Below, one piece after another: positions 39,043-46,041 of a stretch of 49,952 bases of DNA (position 1 is the stretch's first letter; each line of letters begins with the position of its first letter). A program made the translations under genes and the position numbers. Source of the stretch: Omnitrophica WOR_2 bacterium RBG_13_41_10. Its GTDB lineage: Bacteria > Omnitrophota > Gorgyraeia > Gygaellales > Profunditerraquicolaceae. A model generated the notes under the pieces. The model was not told where the DNA came from, searched no databases, and worked only from the letters and a program-made list of their open reading frames with translations. The stretch spans positions 1-49,952 of the forward strand of contig MHGH01000005.1 of the NCBI GenBank assembly GCA_001805465.1. Direction: 5' to 3'.

Positions 39043-39848
39043 TTGATAAAATTATAGTATTTATCTTTGGTTCTATAGTAGGCAGTTTCTTAAACGTCTG
39101 TATCCACAGGATGCCTTTGGGTGAATCGGTGGTCTGGCCGCGTTCGCATTGCCCTAAATGCAAAAAAAGAATTCCCGGTTACGACAATATCCCTTTTTTA
39201 AGTTATATACTTTTAAAAGGCAGGTGCCGTTTCTGCAAAGAAAAGATTTCGCTGCGATATTTAATAGTAGAGTTCCTTACTGCGTTTATCTTCCTGGTCT
39301 TTTATTATCGTTACGGATTAACCTTTGATTTCTTTTTCTATATATTTTTCGCCTCTAATTTAATTGTCGCTACTTTTGTGGATATCAAACACCGCATTAT
39401 TCCGGATGAGATATCTATCGGCGGGATGATTTTGGGGTTTATTCTTTCTTCCGTCAAGGGAGTGAATCTGGGGCCGTTTAACTATAATTTTTGGCCGATG
39501 CTTAATTCGTTTTTAGGAATCATTATCGGCGGAGGGGTAATTTATTTAACCGGGATTATTTTTGATTTAATTTACTTTAAATTAATGAAAAGGCCCCCTA
39601 TTCAGGGAGAAACCGAATCCATGGGAGGAGGAGACGTAAAGCTACTGGCGATGATCGGGGCTTTTTTAGGTTGGCAAAAGGCCCTTTTAACTTTTTTCCT
39701 GGCGCCTTTCTTTGGGGCAATTATTGGCACCATAAACCTTATTATCAAGAAGGACCATACTATTCCTTACGGCCCCTTTTTATCGGTGGCAGCGATTATG
39801 TCTCTTTATTGGGCTGACAGAATAATCTATTTAATATTTCTTAGATGA
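39039..39848 (+). CDS. pilD: Prepilin (type IV) leader peptidase / N-methyltransferase, A24 family
   Basis: CPKC...CRFC zinc motif, multi-pass membrane topology, GGGDVKLLA catalytic Asp motif. ATGA overlaps at both ends. Confidence 0.88.
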   Translation: MIDKIIVFIFGSIVGSFLNVCIHRMPLGESVVWPRSHCPKCKKRIPGYDNIPFLSYILLKGRCRFCKEKISLRYLIVEFLTAFIFLVFYYRYGLTFDFFFYIFFASNLIVATFVDIKHRIIPDEISIGGMILGFILSSVKGVNLGPFNYNFWPMLNSFLGIIIGGGVIYLTGIIFDLIYFKLMKRPPIQGETESMGGGDVKLLAMIGAFLGWQKALLTFFLAPFFGAIIGTINLIIKKDHTIPYGPFLSVAAIMSLYWADRIIYLIFLR

Positions 39849-41638
39849 AGGAAGCCGGGAGTAAATGGCAGAGAATTGGCGAGGCTAAAAGGGCCGGGGT
39901 TTTGGTACCTTTATTTTCGGTATATTCCCGCCAAAGCATAGGTATTGCTGATTTTAGTGACTTAAAATTAGTGGTAGATTGGAGTGAGCGTAGCGGTAAC
40001 TCCATTATACAACTTCTTCCTTTAAATGAAGTAGGCTCTTATTTTTGCCCTTACGATTCCTTAAGTTCTTTTGCCCTGGAACCTGCCTATATTTGCCTAG
40101 AAAATATCCCTCATCGCAACAAAGATGCTATTAAGTTTAAGATTAATAAAATAAAAGAAGCCTATCCTCTGGGCGGCCATGTAGATTACCGGATCAGAAA
40201 AGAAAAAATCAACCTCTTGCGACAGATATATGCCCAAGAGGAGGAATTTGTCCATCCTGACTTTAGGAACTTTAAGGAAAAAAATACTTACTGGCTGGAA
40301 GATTTCGCGCTTTTTAAGGTGATTAAGGAATATTTTAAGGGAAGGGCCTGGTATGAATGGGAGGATGGCTACAAAAGGCGCGATAAAACATTATTGGATA
40401 TTTTTAAAAAACAATATTCCAAAGAAATTGATTTTCAGGTCTGGGCGCAGTGGCATCTTTATCAACAACTAAAAGAGGTAAAGCAATATGCCGCCAAGAA
40501 AGGCGTATTGCTCAAAGGAGATTTACCGATTCTGGTTTCTCGCGATAGCGCGGATGTCTGGGCGCACCCGGATTTCTTTAAATTAGAATTTTCCGCCGGA
40601 GCGCCACCTGATATGTATTGCGCCAAGGGCCAGCGCTGGGGTATGCCTACTTATAATTGGGAGAAAATAGCTCAAGATGATTACAGGTATCTTAAGGAAA
40701 AACTGCATTATGCCCAGGAGTTTTATCATATCTTACGCATAGACCATGTAGTAGGATTATTTCGCATCTGGAGTATACCTTATCAGGAAACAGAAGAAAA
40801 CAGAGGCCTAAACGGATTTTTTGATCCTGCGGATGAAAAGGCCTGGGGTGAACACGGCAGAAAAATATTATCCGTGATGTTAGAAAACACGGATATGCTT
40901 TTGTGCGCCGAGGATTTAGGCATTATACCGAAGGCCTGCCCCCGGACCCTTAAGGAATTAGGTATTCCGGGAAATGACGTGCAGCGTTGGGTAAAAGACT
41001 GGGCAGTGAAGCATGATTTTCTGGAGCCTGACAAATACCGTGCCTTGACCGTGGCAATGTTATCCACACACGATACCACTAATTGGGCAGCCTGGTGGGA
41101 GCATGAGGCCGGCACAGTAGATGAAGCGCTTTTTATCAGCAAATGCCGGGATCGCGGCATAGATTATATTCATATCAAAGACCAGCTTTTTGATTTGAAT
41201 TTTCCCTGCCGCACCAGATTACGTTGGTTAAACAGCGTAAACTCCGTAGATAAACTAGTGGGAACTTTGGGAAAGAGAAAAGAAGAGGTCAGGGATTTTA
41301 TTGATATGTATGAGAATACCTATCAAGAAAAGGAAAAGCTTTGGAAACATCTGGGCTTCGTGGGGAAAATGCAGGAGAAGGCGGATGCAGAAATCGTCAG
41401 GGCGGCCTTAAAAATAACCTTGGATTCACAGGCCATATTCTGTATTCAGTTAATCATAGATTGGCTGATGTTATCCGATATCTTTAAAGGGGATCCTTAC
41501 GAATACAGGATTAATATCCCCGGCACCATCAGCCCTTATAACTGGTCGCTGACCATTCCTATTCCTCTTGAAGATTTGCTCAAACATAAAGTCACAGAAG
41601 ATATCCGCGCGTTGATAAAAGAGGCGGGTAGAATTTAG
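39845..41638 (+). CDS. malQ: 4-alpha-glucanotransferase (amylomaltase, GH77)
   Basis: RIDHVVGLFRIW, CAEDLG and STHDT catalytic-region motifs. 597 aa. Confidence 0.88.
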   Translation: MKEAGSKWQRIGEAKRAGVLVPLFSVYSRQSIGIADFSDLKLVVDWSERSGNSIIQLLPLNEVGSYFCPYDSLSSFALEPAYICLENIPHRNKDAIKFKINKIKEAYPLGGHVDYRIRKEKINLLRQIYAQEEEFVHPDFRNFKEKNTYWLEDFALFKVIKEYFKGRAWYEWEDGYKRRDKTLLDIFKKQYSKEIDFQVWAQWHLYQQLKEVKQYAAKKGVLLKGDLPILVSRDSADVWAHPDFFKLEFSAGAPPDMYCAKGQRWGMPTYNWEKIAQDDYRYLKEKLHYAQEFYHILRIDHVVGLFRIWSIPYQETEENRGLNGFFDPADEKAWGEHGRKILSVMLENTDMLLCAEDLGIIPKACPRTLKELGIPGNDVQRWVKDWAVKHDFLEPDKYRALTVAMLSTHDTTNWAAWWEHEAGTVDEALFISKCRDRGIDYIHIKDQLFDLNFPCRTRLRWLNSVNSVDKLVGTLGKRKEEVRDFIDMYENTYQEKEKLWKHLGFVGKMQEKADAEIVRAALKITLDSQAIFCIQLIIDWLMLSDIFKGDPYEYRINIPGTISPYNWSLTIPIPLEDLLKHKVTEDIRALIKEAGRI

Positions 41639-41643
41639 AGATA

Positions 41644-41810
41644 TTTTATGGTTTCGCTTTTCGCGTGCTGAAATTTTTTGCCGTGTACTTCGGTTTACGG
41701 CTCTCTCTCGGAGAGACCTTACACGGGAGCACAATCCTCCGTTCGCCGTAATCCCTCATACACTTTTGCCAAAAAATTTCTAATGCACGCTCTAAGCGAA
41801 ACGCATAAAA
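41644..41810. repeat. 167-nt element bounded by ~37-nt terminal inverted repeats, with a GC-rich structured core (MITE-like or ncRNA)
   Basis: 41644-41680 pairs with 41770-41810, about 33 bp with one bulge and one 3x3 loop. The core contains a C(UUCG)G-capped hairpin (41681-41700) and CUCUCU/GAGAGA (41704-41718). Confidence 0.6.
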
Positions 41811-41961
41811 TTTTAATTATAGCAATTGGCTAAAACCTCCATTCGCTCGTAAAATCGCCAGCTTCATTTTGTAAAAGAATAAAAATGAAGCTGTTATAAT
41901 CTAGGGTAGTACTCTTGGGAAAACGTCTCCATAACCCTATAGAGCGATGATTTAATTAGTA

Positions 41962-41990
41962 TTGACAAGAGAGGAATTCTGTGATACATT
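41962..41990 (+). promoter_or_regulatory. Sigma70-like promoter candidate upstream of the NYN gene leader
   Basis: TTGACA (41962-41967), 17-nt spacer, extended -10 TGaTACATT (hexamer at 41985-41990). Confidence 0.5.
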
Positions 41991-42028
41991 TTAATTGTCA
42001 TCCCGATAGAACCTAAAGTTTTATCGGC

Positions 42029-42059
42029 CCCGGGCTCCTGAGAGTTCGGGATTTTTTTT
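42029..42059 (+). terminator. Intrinsic terminator inside the leader of the NYN gene
   Basis: 9-bp stem CCCGGGCUC/GAGUUCGGG (two G-U pairs), CUGA loop, then A plus T8. It ends 15 nt before the ATG at 42075. Confidence 0.7.
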
Positions 42060-42074
42060 AGAGATCAATAAGTT

Positions 42075-42686
42075 ATGAAGAAAGTTATAGCCTTAGTTGA
42101 CGGATTCAACATCTACCACTCATTAGATGAAAATCAATCTTTTCGTAAATATAAATGGCTAAATCTTAGAAGATTAACAGAACTTTTTATTGGGAAAGAT
42201 GAAGAATTAGGAGATGTTCTTTATTTTTCCGCATATGCTTTTTGGGAGCCAGATAAAGTTGCGAGACATAAGATCTATATAAATGCTCTAATGACAGCAA
42301 ATGTAACACCTATTCTTTCAGAATTTAAACAGAAAGATAGAAAATGCAAAGAGTGTGGCAAAGTATATAAGAGTTATGAAGAAAAACAAACTGATGTGCA
42401 AATAGCAATAAATTTATTTAAAGTAGCAATTGATGGTATATATGAAAAGGCAGTAGTTATTTCAGGAGATAGCGATTTAATTCCGGCGCTACGAGCAGTA
42501 AAAGCAAAATTCCCCTTAAAGAAGATACATCTCTTATTCCCGCCGAACAGAGCAGGCGAGTCATTAAAGAGAGTCGCCGATTCGTATTCCAGGATCAGAG
42601 AAAAACATTTAGCAGGCGCTCAATTCCCCGATGTTATTGATTTAGGAAACAACCAGACTTTAACTAAACCTTCTGAGTGGAAATAG
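42075..42686 (+). CDS. NYN (LabA/DUF88-like) domain nuclease with an inserted Cys-pair element
   Basis: VDGFNIYH, EKQTDVQIAI and ISGDSDLIPAL acidic motifs typical of NYN/PIN-like RNases. A CKECGK pair lies between them. Confidence 0.7.
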   Translation: MKKVIALVDGFNIYHSLDENQSFRKYKWLNLRRLTELFIGKDEELGDVLYFSAYAFWEPDKVARHKIYINALMTANVTPILSEFKQKDRKCKECGKVYKSYEEKQTDVQIAINLFKVAIDGIYEKAVVISGDSDLIPALRAVKAKFPLKKIHLLFPPNRAGESLKRVADSYSRIREKHLAGAQFPDVIDLGNNQTLTKPSEWK

Positions 42687-42796
42687 CCTGTGTCCAAAAC
42701 GCGTCCATTCAATTTCATAACTATTTCTTAAATCCGCGCTATAAAAATCCCTGTTAGATTTCCTCATTTCTTACGTCTATTAACGCCTTAAATCCA

Positions 42797-42825
42797 TTAC
42801 CATTTTGAAATGGAAGTGGTATAAT
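42797..42825 (+). promoter_or_regulatory. Promoter candidate for the thioesterase gene
   Basis: TTACCA (42797-42802), 17-nt spacer, extended -10 TGgTATAAT (hexamer at 42820-42825). Confidence 0.5.
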
Positions 42826-42855
42826 TGGAAAAGCAATAGTTAACAAAAGGAAAAT

Positions 42856-43272
42856 ATGGGTAATATTAAATTGGAGGATGATAAGAATTGTTTTGTTTGT
42901 GGCGATAAGAACAGCTACGGACTCCGGCTTAGGTTTACAATTGATAAAGATAATACAATGCATACAGAGTTTATGCCCCAAAAACATCATCAGGGTTTTA
43001 AGGATATTGTGCATGGTGGTTTAATCGGACTTATCTTAGATGAAATTATGGTTAATCTGGCATGGAAAATGGGGAAGAACGTTGTTACTGCTGAGTTTAA
43101 TGTTAGGCTAAAGAGAATAGCTAAAGTTCAAGAGAAACTTTTATTTAGAGGATGGATAGATAGAGAAGACAACAAGATAATCTATACTAAAGCTGAAGCA
43201 AAAAATGAGCATGGAACAATTATTGCTCTTGCAAATGCAAAGTGTTTCAAAGTAAAGGAGCAATTTAAGTAA
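42856..43272 (+). CDS. Hotdog-fold (PaaI-like) thioesterase
   Basis: CFVCGDKNSYGLRLRF and HGGLIGLILDEIM, typical of PaaI/4HBT-type thioesterases. 138 aa. Confidence 0.65.
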   Translation: MGNIKLEDDKNCFVCGDKNSYGLRLRFTIDKDNTMHTEFMPQKHHQGFKDIVHGGLIGLILDEIMVNLAWKMGKNVVTAEFNVRLKRIAKVQEKLLFRGWIDREDNKIIYTKAEAKNEHGTIIALANAKCFKVKEQFK

Positions 43273-43328
43273 TTATTGTAGCGGGTGGGGAGGAATAGGT
43301 TCAAGCGGGGCGGAGGTAAGGAGGAAGG

Positions 43329-43571
43329 ATGGAGAAGAAGCTAAATAAAGATTACGTCTGCATATACCGAACACCATCTCATGACCAACTGGCTATTATA
43401 AAATCTTTATTAGATTCCAATGAAATTCCTTACTTTATTGAAAACGAACACTTTGCTTCTTTAATCGGCGTATCAGATGGGGCTGTGAATTTTGGCATTA
43501 TGATTAAAACAAGCTATTCAGAAGAAGCAAAAGAATTATTAAATGAGATTATACAACCAAAAGATAAGTAA
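43329..43571 (+). CDS. DUF2007-like small protein ('putative signal transducing protein')
   Basis: The pattern CIYRTPSHDQLAIIKSLLDSNEIPYFIENEH resembles DUF2007 N-termini. 80 aa. SD GGAGGAAGG. Confidence 0.5.
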   Translation: MEKKLNKDYVCIYRTPSHDQLAIIKSLLDSNEIPYFIENEHFASLIGVSDGAVNFGIMIKTSYSEEAKELLNEIIQPKDK

Positions 43572-43584
43572 GATAGAGAATAAT

Positions 43585-43633
43585 GGGGTCAGAATTATTT
43601 TCTGCCCTAGTAAATAATTCCGACCCCGTTTTT
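43585..43633 (+). terminator. Hairpin-terminator repeat, copy 2 of the GGGGTCAGAATTATTT family
   Basis: GGGGTCAGAATTATTT (43585-43600) pairs with AAATAATTCCGACCCC (43612-43627), one A.C mismatch, followed by GTTTTT. The conserved 16-mer CTAAACAGCGATAAAA lies at 43644-43659. Confidence 0.75.
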
Positions 43634-43674
43634 ACTATTTTTACTAAACAGCGATAAAAAAGGAGGTAGTAAGA

Positions 43675-44205
43675 ATGAAAAAAATAACTGTATACAGCTT
43701 AGTAGTGGGATTATTGTTGTTTCCTGTAGCTGTGGCATTAGCCCAAGGTAAAGGAACAGGAGCTAGGACAAGCGGGTTTCATCAACAACAGAGACAAGAA
43801 AGGCAAGCCTTTCAGAAACAGGAAGGGCAAGAACGCAAAGATTTACGTGAGAGCTTACAAGGGAAAACTTCCGAGGAAAAGCAGGCAGCGATCAAAGAAT
43901 TTCATGCAGAACAATCTCAAGAAAGAAAGGCGTTCAATCAACAACAACATCAAGAAAACATGAATTTTCTAAAACAAAGATTAGCTAATAATCCAAAACT
44001 CACCGATGCCCAGAAGGAAGAACTCAGTAATTTATTTGAGAATCAATACAAGAAGAATGTTTCTTTTCGCAACACCCAGCACAGTGAAAATGTGGCTTTT
44101 TTTGAGCAGGTAGCCAATAATCCCAATATGACTCAGGAGCAAAGGAAAAAGGCCATTAGAGCACATTTTCAGGAGCAGAAAACAGAGAATAAGGAGAAAA
44201 GATGA
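43675..44205 (+). CDS. Secreted Q/E/K-rich repeat protein with LTXXQ-like motifs (Spy/CpxP-like, tentative)
   Basis: Signal peptide MKKITVYSLVVGLLLFPVAVALA. Internal repeats (FHQQQRQERQAF / FHAEQSQERKAF), and LTDAQ and MTQEQ motifs. Confidence 0.5.
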   Translation: MKKITVYSLVVGLLLFPVAVALAQGKGTGARTSGFHQQQRQERQAFQKQEGQERKDLRESLQGKTSEEKQAAIKEFHAEQSQERKAFNQQQHQENMNFLKQRLANNPKLTDAQKEELSNLFENQYKKNVSFRNTQHSENVAFFEQVANNPNMTQEQRKKAIRAHFQEQKTENKEKR

Positions 44206-44582
44206 AAAAGAAAACATCAGTAGTTTTACTAGTAGCAATAACCTTAAGTTTTTACGGCTTTGCTTTTGCGGAAACTGAAAAAGAAAAAGCTGCAAAGGAA
44301 TTTCAGGAATTAAAAGCTGATTTTGAAACTGAAATATCCTATCCTCCTTACTCAGACTATACCTTTACTAACAAATATTGGAACTCGGAATCCGGTCAAA
44401 AAATTATTGCTATGGGCAAAAGAGCCTTGCCGTTTATCATGGAAGAAATAAAAAACGGGAAATCTTGGTTTGTTGTTGCGGCAGAGAGGATTACCGGTAT
44501 TAAAATGAGGGGCCCGGAAGCAGATGACCTAACCGAACAATGGTTAGATTGGTGGGAAGAAAATAAGGAACAGTTTAAATAA
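44202..44582 (+). CDS. Secreted small protein, unknown function
   Basis: Signal peptide MKKKTSVVLLVAITLSFYGFAFA. 4-nt overlap with the upstream gene. No recognisable family. Confidence 0.5.
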   Translation: MKKKTSVVLLVAITLSFYGFAFAETEKEKAAKEFQELKADFETEISYPPYSDYTFTNKYWNSESGQKIIAMGKRALPFIMEEIKNGKSWFVVAAERITGIKMRGPEADDLTEQWLDWWEENKEQFK

Positions 44583-44591
44583 GGAGGCAGA

Positions 44592-45140
44592 ATGGATAAA
44601 GAAAGATCAATGGGAGTAACGGTATTTGGATGGTTATTTATTATTGGTGGCATATTGGGTATTTTGGGAAAGATATCCGCAGCTATGCGAGCTAGCGCAA
44701 TGCTAGATGTGAAATATATTTTAGCTTTTGTAATCTCAGCATTGTGCTTAACCTGCGGAATATATCTATTGAAATTAAGGCCCTGGGCAAAACAATTAGC
44801 GATTGTTTTAGCCGGTATCAATACTATTTACGCTTTAATTATTTTTAACGGCCTTGCTAAAACAGATTATAGCAAGATGATGGATTATGCCTCCAAAAAA
44901 CAGGAGCAAATGGTTCAGGAGCAATATAAACCTGAATATCAGAAAAAAGCTTTAGAAGCAATTGAAAGGCAGAAACAGATTACTGAAAAAGCTATGCCTA
45001 TACTTTTTGCAATCGTTACCGGAATTACTATTGGGTGGAATATAATTATAATCTTTTTTTTCACCCGCCCCAAAGTGAAGGAGCAGTTTACTGGAGCGGA
45101 ATCCCCGCAGCGAAGCGGAGGGGATCAAGGAGCAGTTTGA
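44592..45140 (+). CDS. Integral membrane protein, unknown function
   Basis: About four hydrophobic spans. SD AGGAGG upstream. No recognisable family. Confidence 0.5.
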   Translation: MDKERSMGVTVFGWLFIIGGILGILGKISAAMRASAMLDVKYILAFVISALCLTCGIYLLKLRPWAKQLAIVLAGINTIYALIIFNGLAKTDYSKMMDYASKKQEQMVQEQYKPEYQKKALEAIERQKQITEKAMPILFAIVTGITIGWNIIIIFFFTRPKVKEQFTGAESPQRSGGDQGAV

Positions 45141-45153
45141 ATAAGGTAATAAA

Positions 45154-45202
45154 GGGGTCAGATTTATTTTCTGCCCTAATAAATAATTCCGACCCCGTTT
45201 TT
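45154..45202 (+). terminator. Hairpin-terminator repeat, copy 3 of the GGGGTCAGAATTATTT family
   Basis: GGGGTCAGATTTATTT (45154-45169) pairs with AAATAATTCCGACCCC (45181-45196), followed by GTTTTT. The same loop core CTGCCCTA occurs as in copy 2. The 16-mer CTAAACAGCGATAAAA lies at 45223-45238. Confidence 0.75.
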
Positions 45203-45239
45203 CTTAAACTCGACAGGGTCCGCTAAACAGCGATAAAAT

Positions 45240-45890
45240 ATGCTTTACTTATATTTAGATGAAAGCGGAGATTTAGGTTTTGATTTTATAACCAAAAAGC
45301 CATCAAAATTCTTTACTATAACAGTTCTTTTAATTAAAGGGCAAAGTAATAACCGGATATTAATAAATGCTATTAAACATACCTTAAAGCGTAAATTAAG
45401 AAAGAAGAAGCTTTTTAAGAAATCTTCTTGCGAATTAAAAGGAAGTAAAGTTTCTTTTGAGGTAAAGAAATATTTTTATGGGCAAGTAGAAAAGCTGGAT
45501 TTTAAGTTATATGCCCTTACTTTGAATAAAAAAAGACTATATAAAGACTTGATGAAAGCAAAAGAAAGAATTTATAATTACATAGCAAGGTTAGTTTTAG
45601 ATCAGATAAACTTTGACGATGCGCAAGCAAGAGTTATTTTGATATTAGATAAAAGTAAAGGTAAGCCAGAAATCGCCGATTTTAATTCCTATATTTTTAG
45701 TCAAATTAAAGCTAAGATCAATCCAAGAATACCTTTAGACATTTATCATGGTTTGTCGCATGAAAATTTAGGGTTGCAAGCAGTTGATGTGTTCGCGTGG
45801 GGAATATTTAGGAAGTATGAAAAACGGGATTTAGAGTGGTTTAATGTGTTTAAGGGCAAAATTACTTATGACGATGTTTATCTCCCCTAA
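45240..45890 (+). CDS. DUF3800 domain protein
   Basis: The N-terminal LYLDESGDLGF motif is characteristic of DUF3800. 216 aa. No SD precedes the ATG. Confidence 0.65.
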   Translation: MLYLYLDESGDLGFDFITKKPSKFFTITVLLIKGQSNNRILINAIKHTLKRKLRKKKLFKKSSCELKGSKVSFEVKKYFYGQVEKLDFKLYALTLNKKRLYKDLMKAKERIYNYIARLVLDQINFDDAQARVILILDKSKGKPEIADFNSYIFSQIKAKINPRIPLDIYHGLSHENLGLQAVDVFAWGIFRKYEKRDLEWFNVFKGKITYDDVYLP

Positions 45891-46041
45891 AATAAAAACG
45901 AGCGTGCCCTACAGGTTTTTAACGTTTAGGCTCTTGCCCACCATACGGAGGGGAACACCTAAAACAACCCATAGCGGTCTTACCGCTCAACAATAAGTAT
46001 ATTCGGTAAAGTGTATTTTGTCAAGAAATTTATTCTAAAGA

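Noticed and set aside
43273-43328. A purine/G-rich tract (GCGGGTGGGGAGGAATAGG...GCGGGGCGGAGGTAAGGAGGAAGG) as a possible G-quadruplex.
   Set aside because: It has only three runs of three or more G. The 3' part is most simply an extended Shine-Dalgarno region for the DUF2007 gene.
43585-45238. The hairpin-plus-16-mer modules might be integron attC sites flanking gene cassettes.
   Set aside because: - No intI integrase or attI is in the window.
- I could not identify the R''/R' core sites (RYYYAAC / GTTRRRY).
- The hairpins carry a canonical GTTTTT tail and so read as intrinsic terminators.
- I kept this only as a repeat-family observation.
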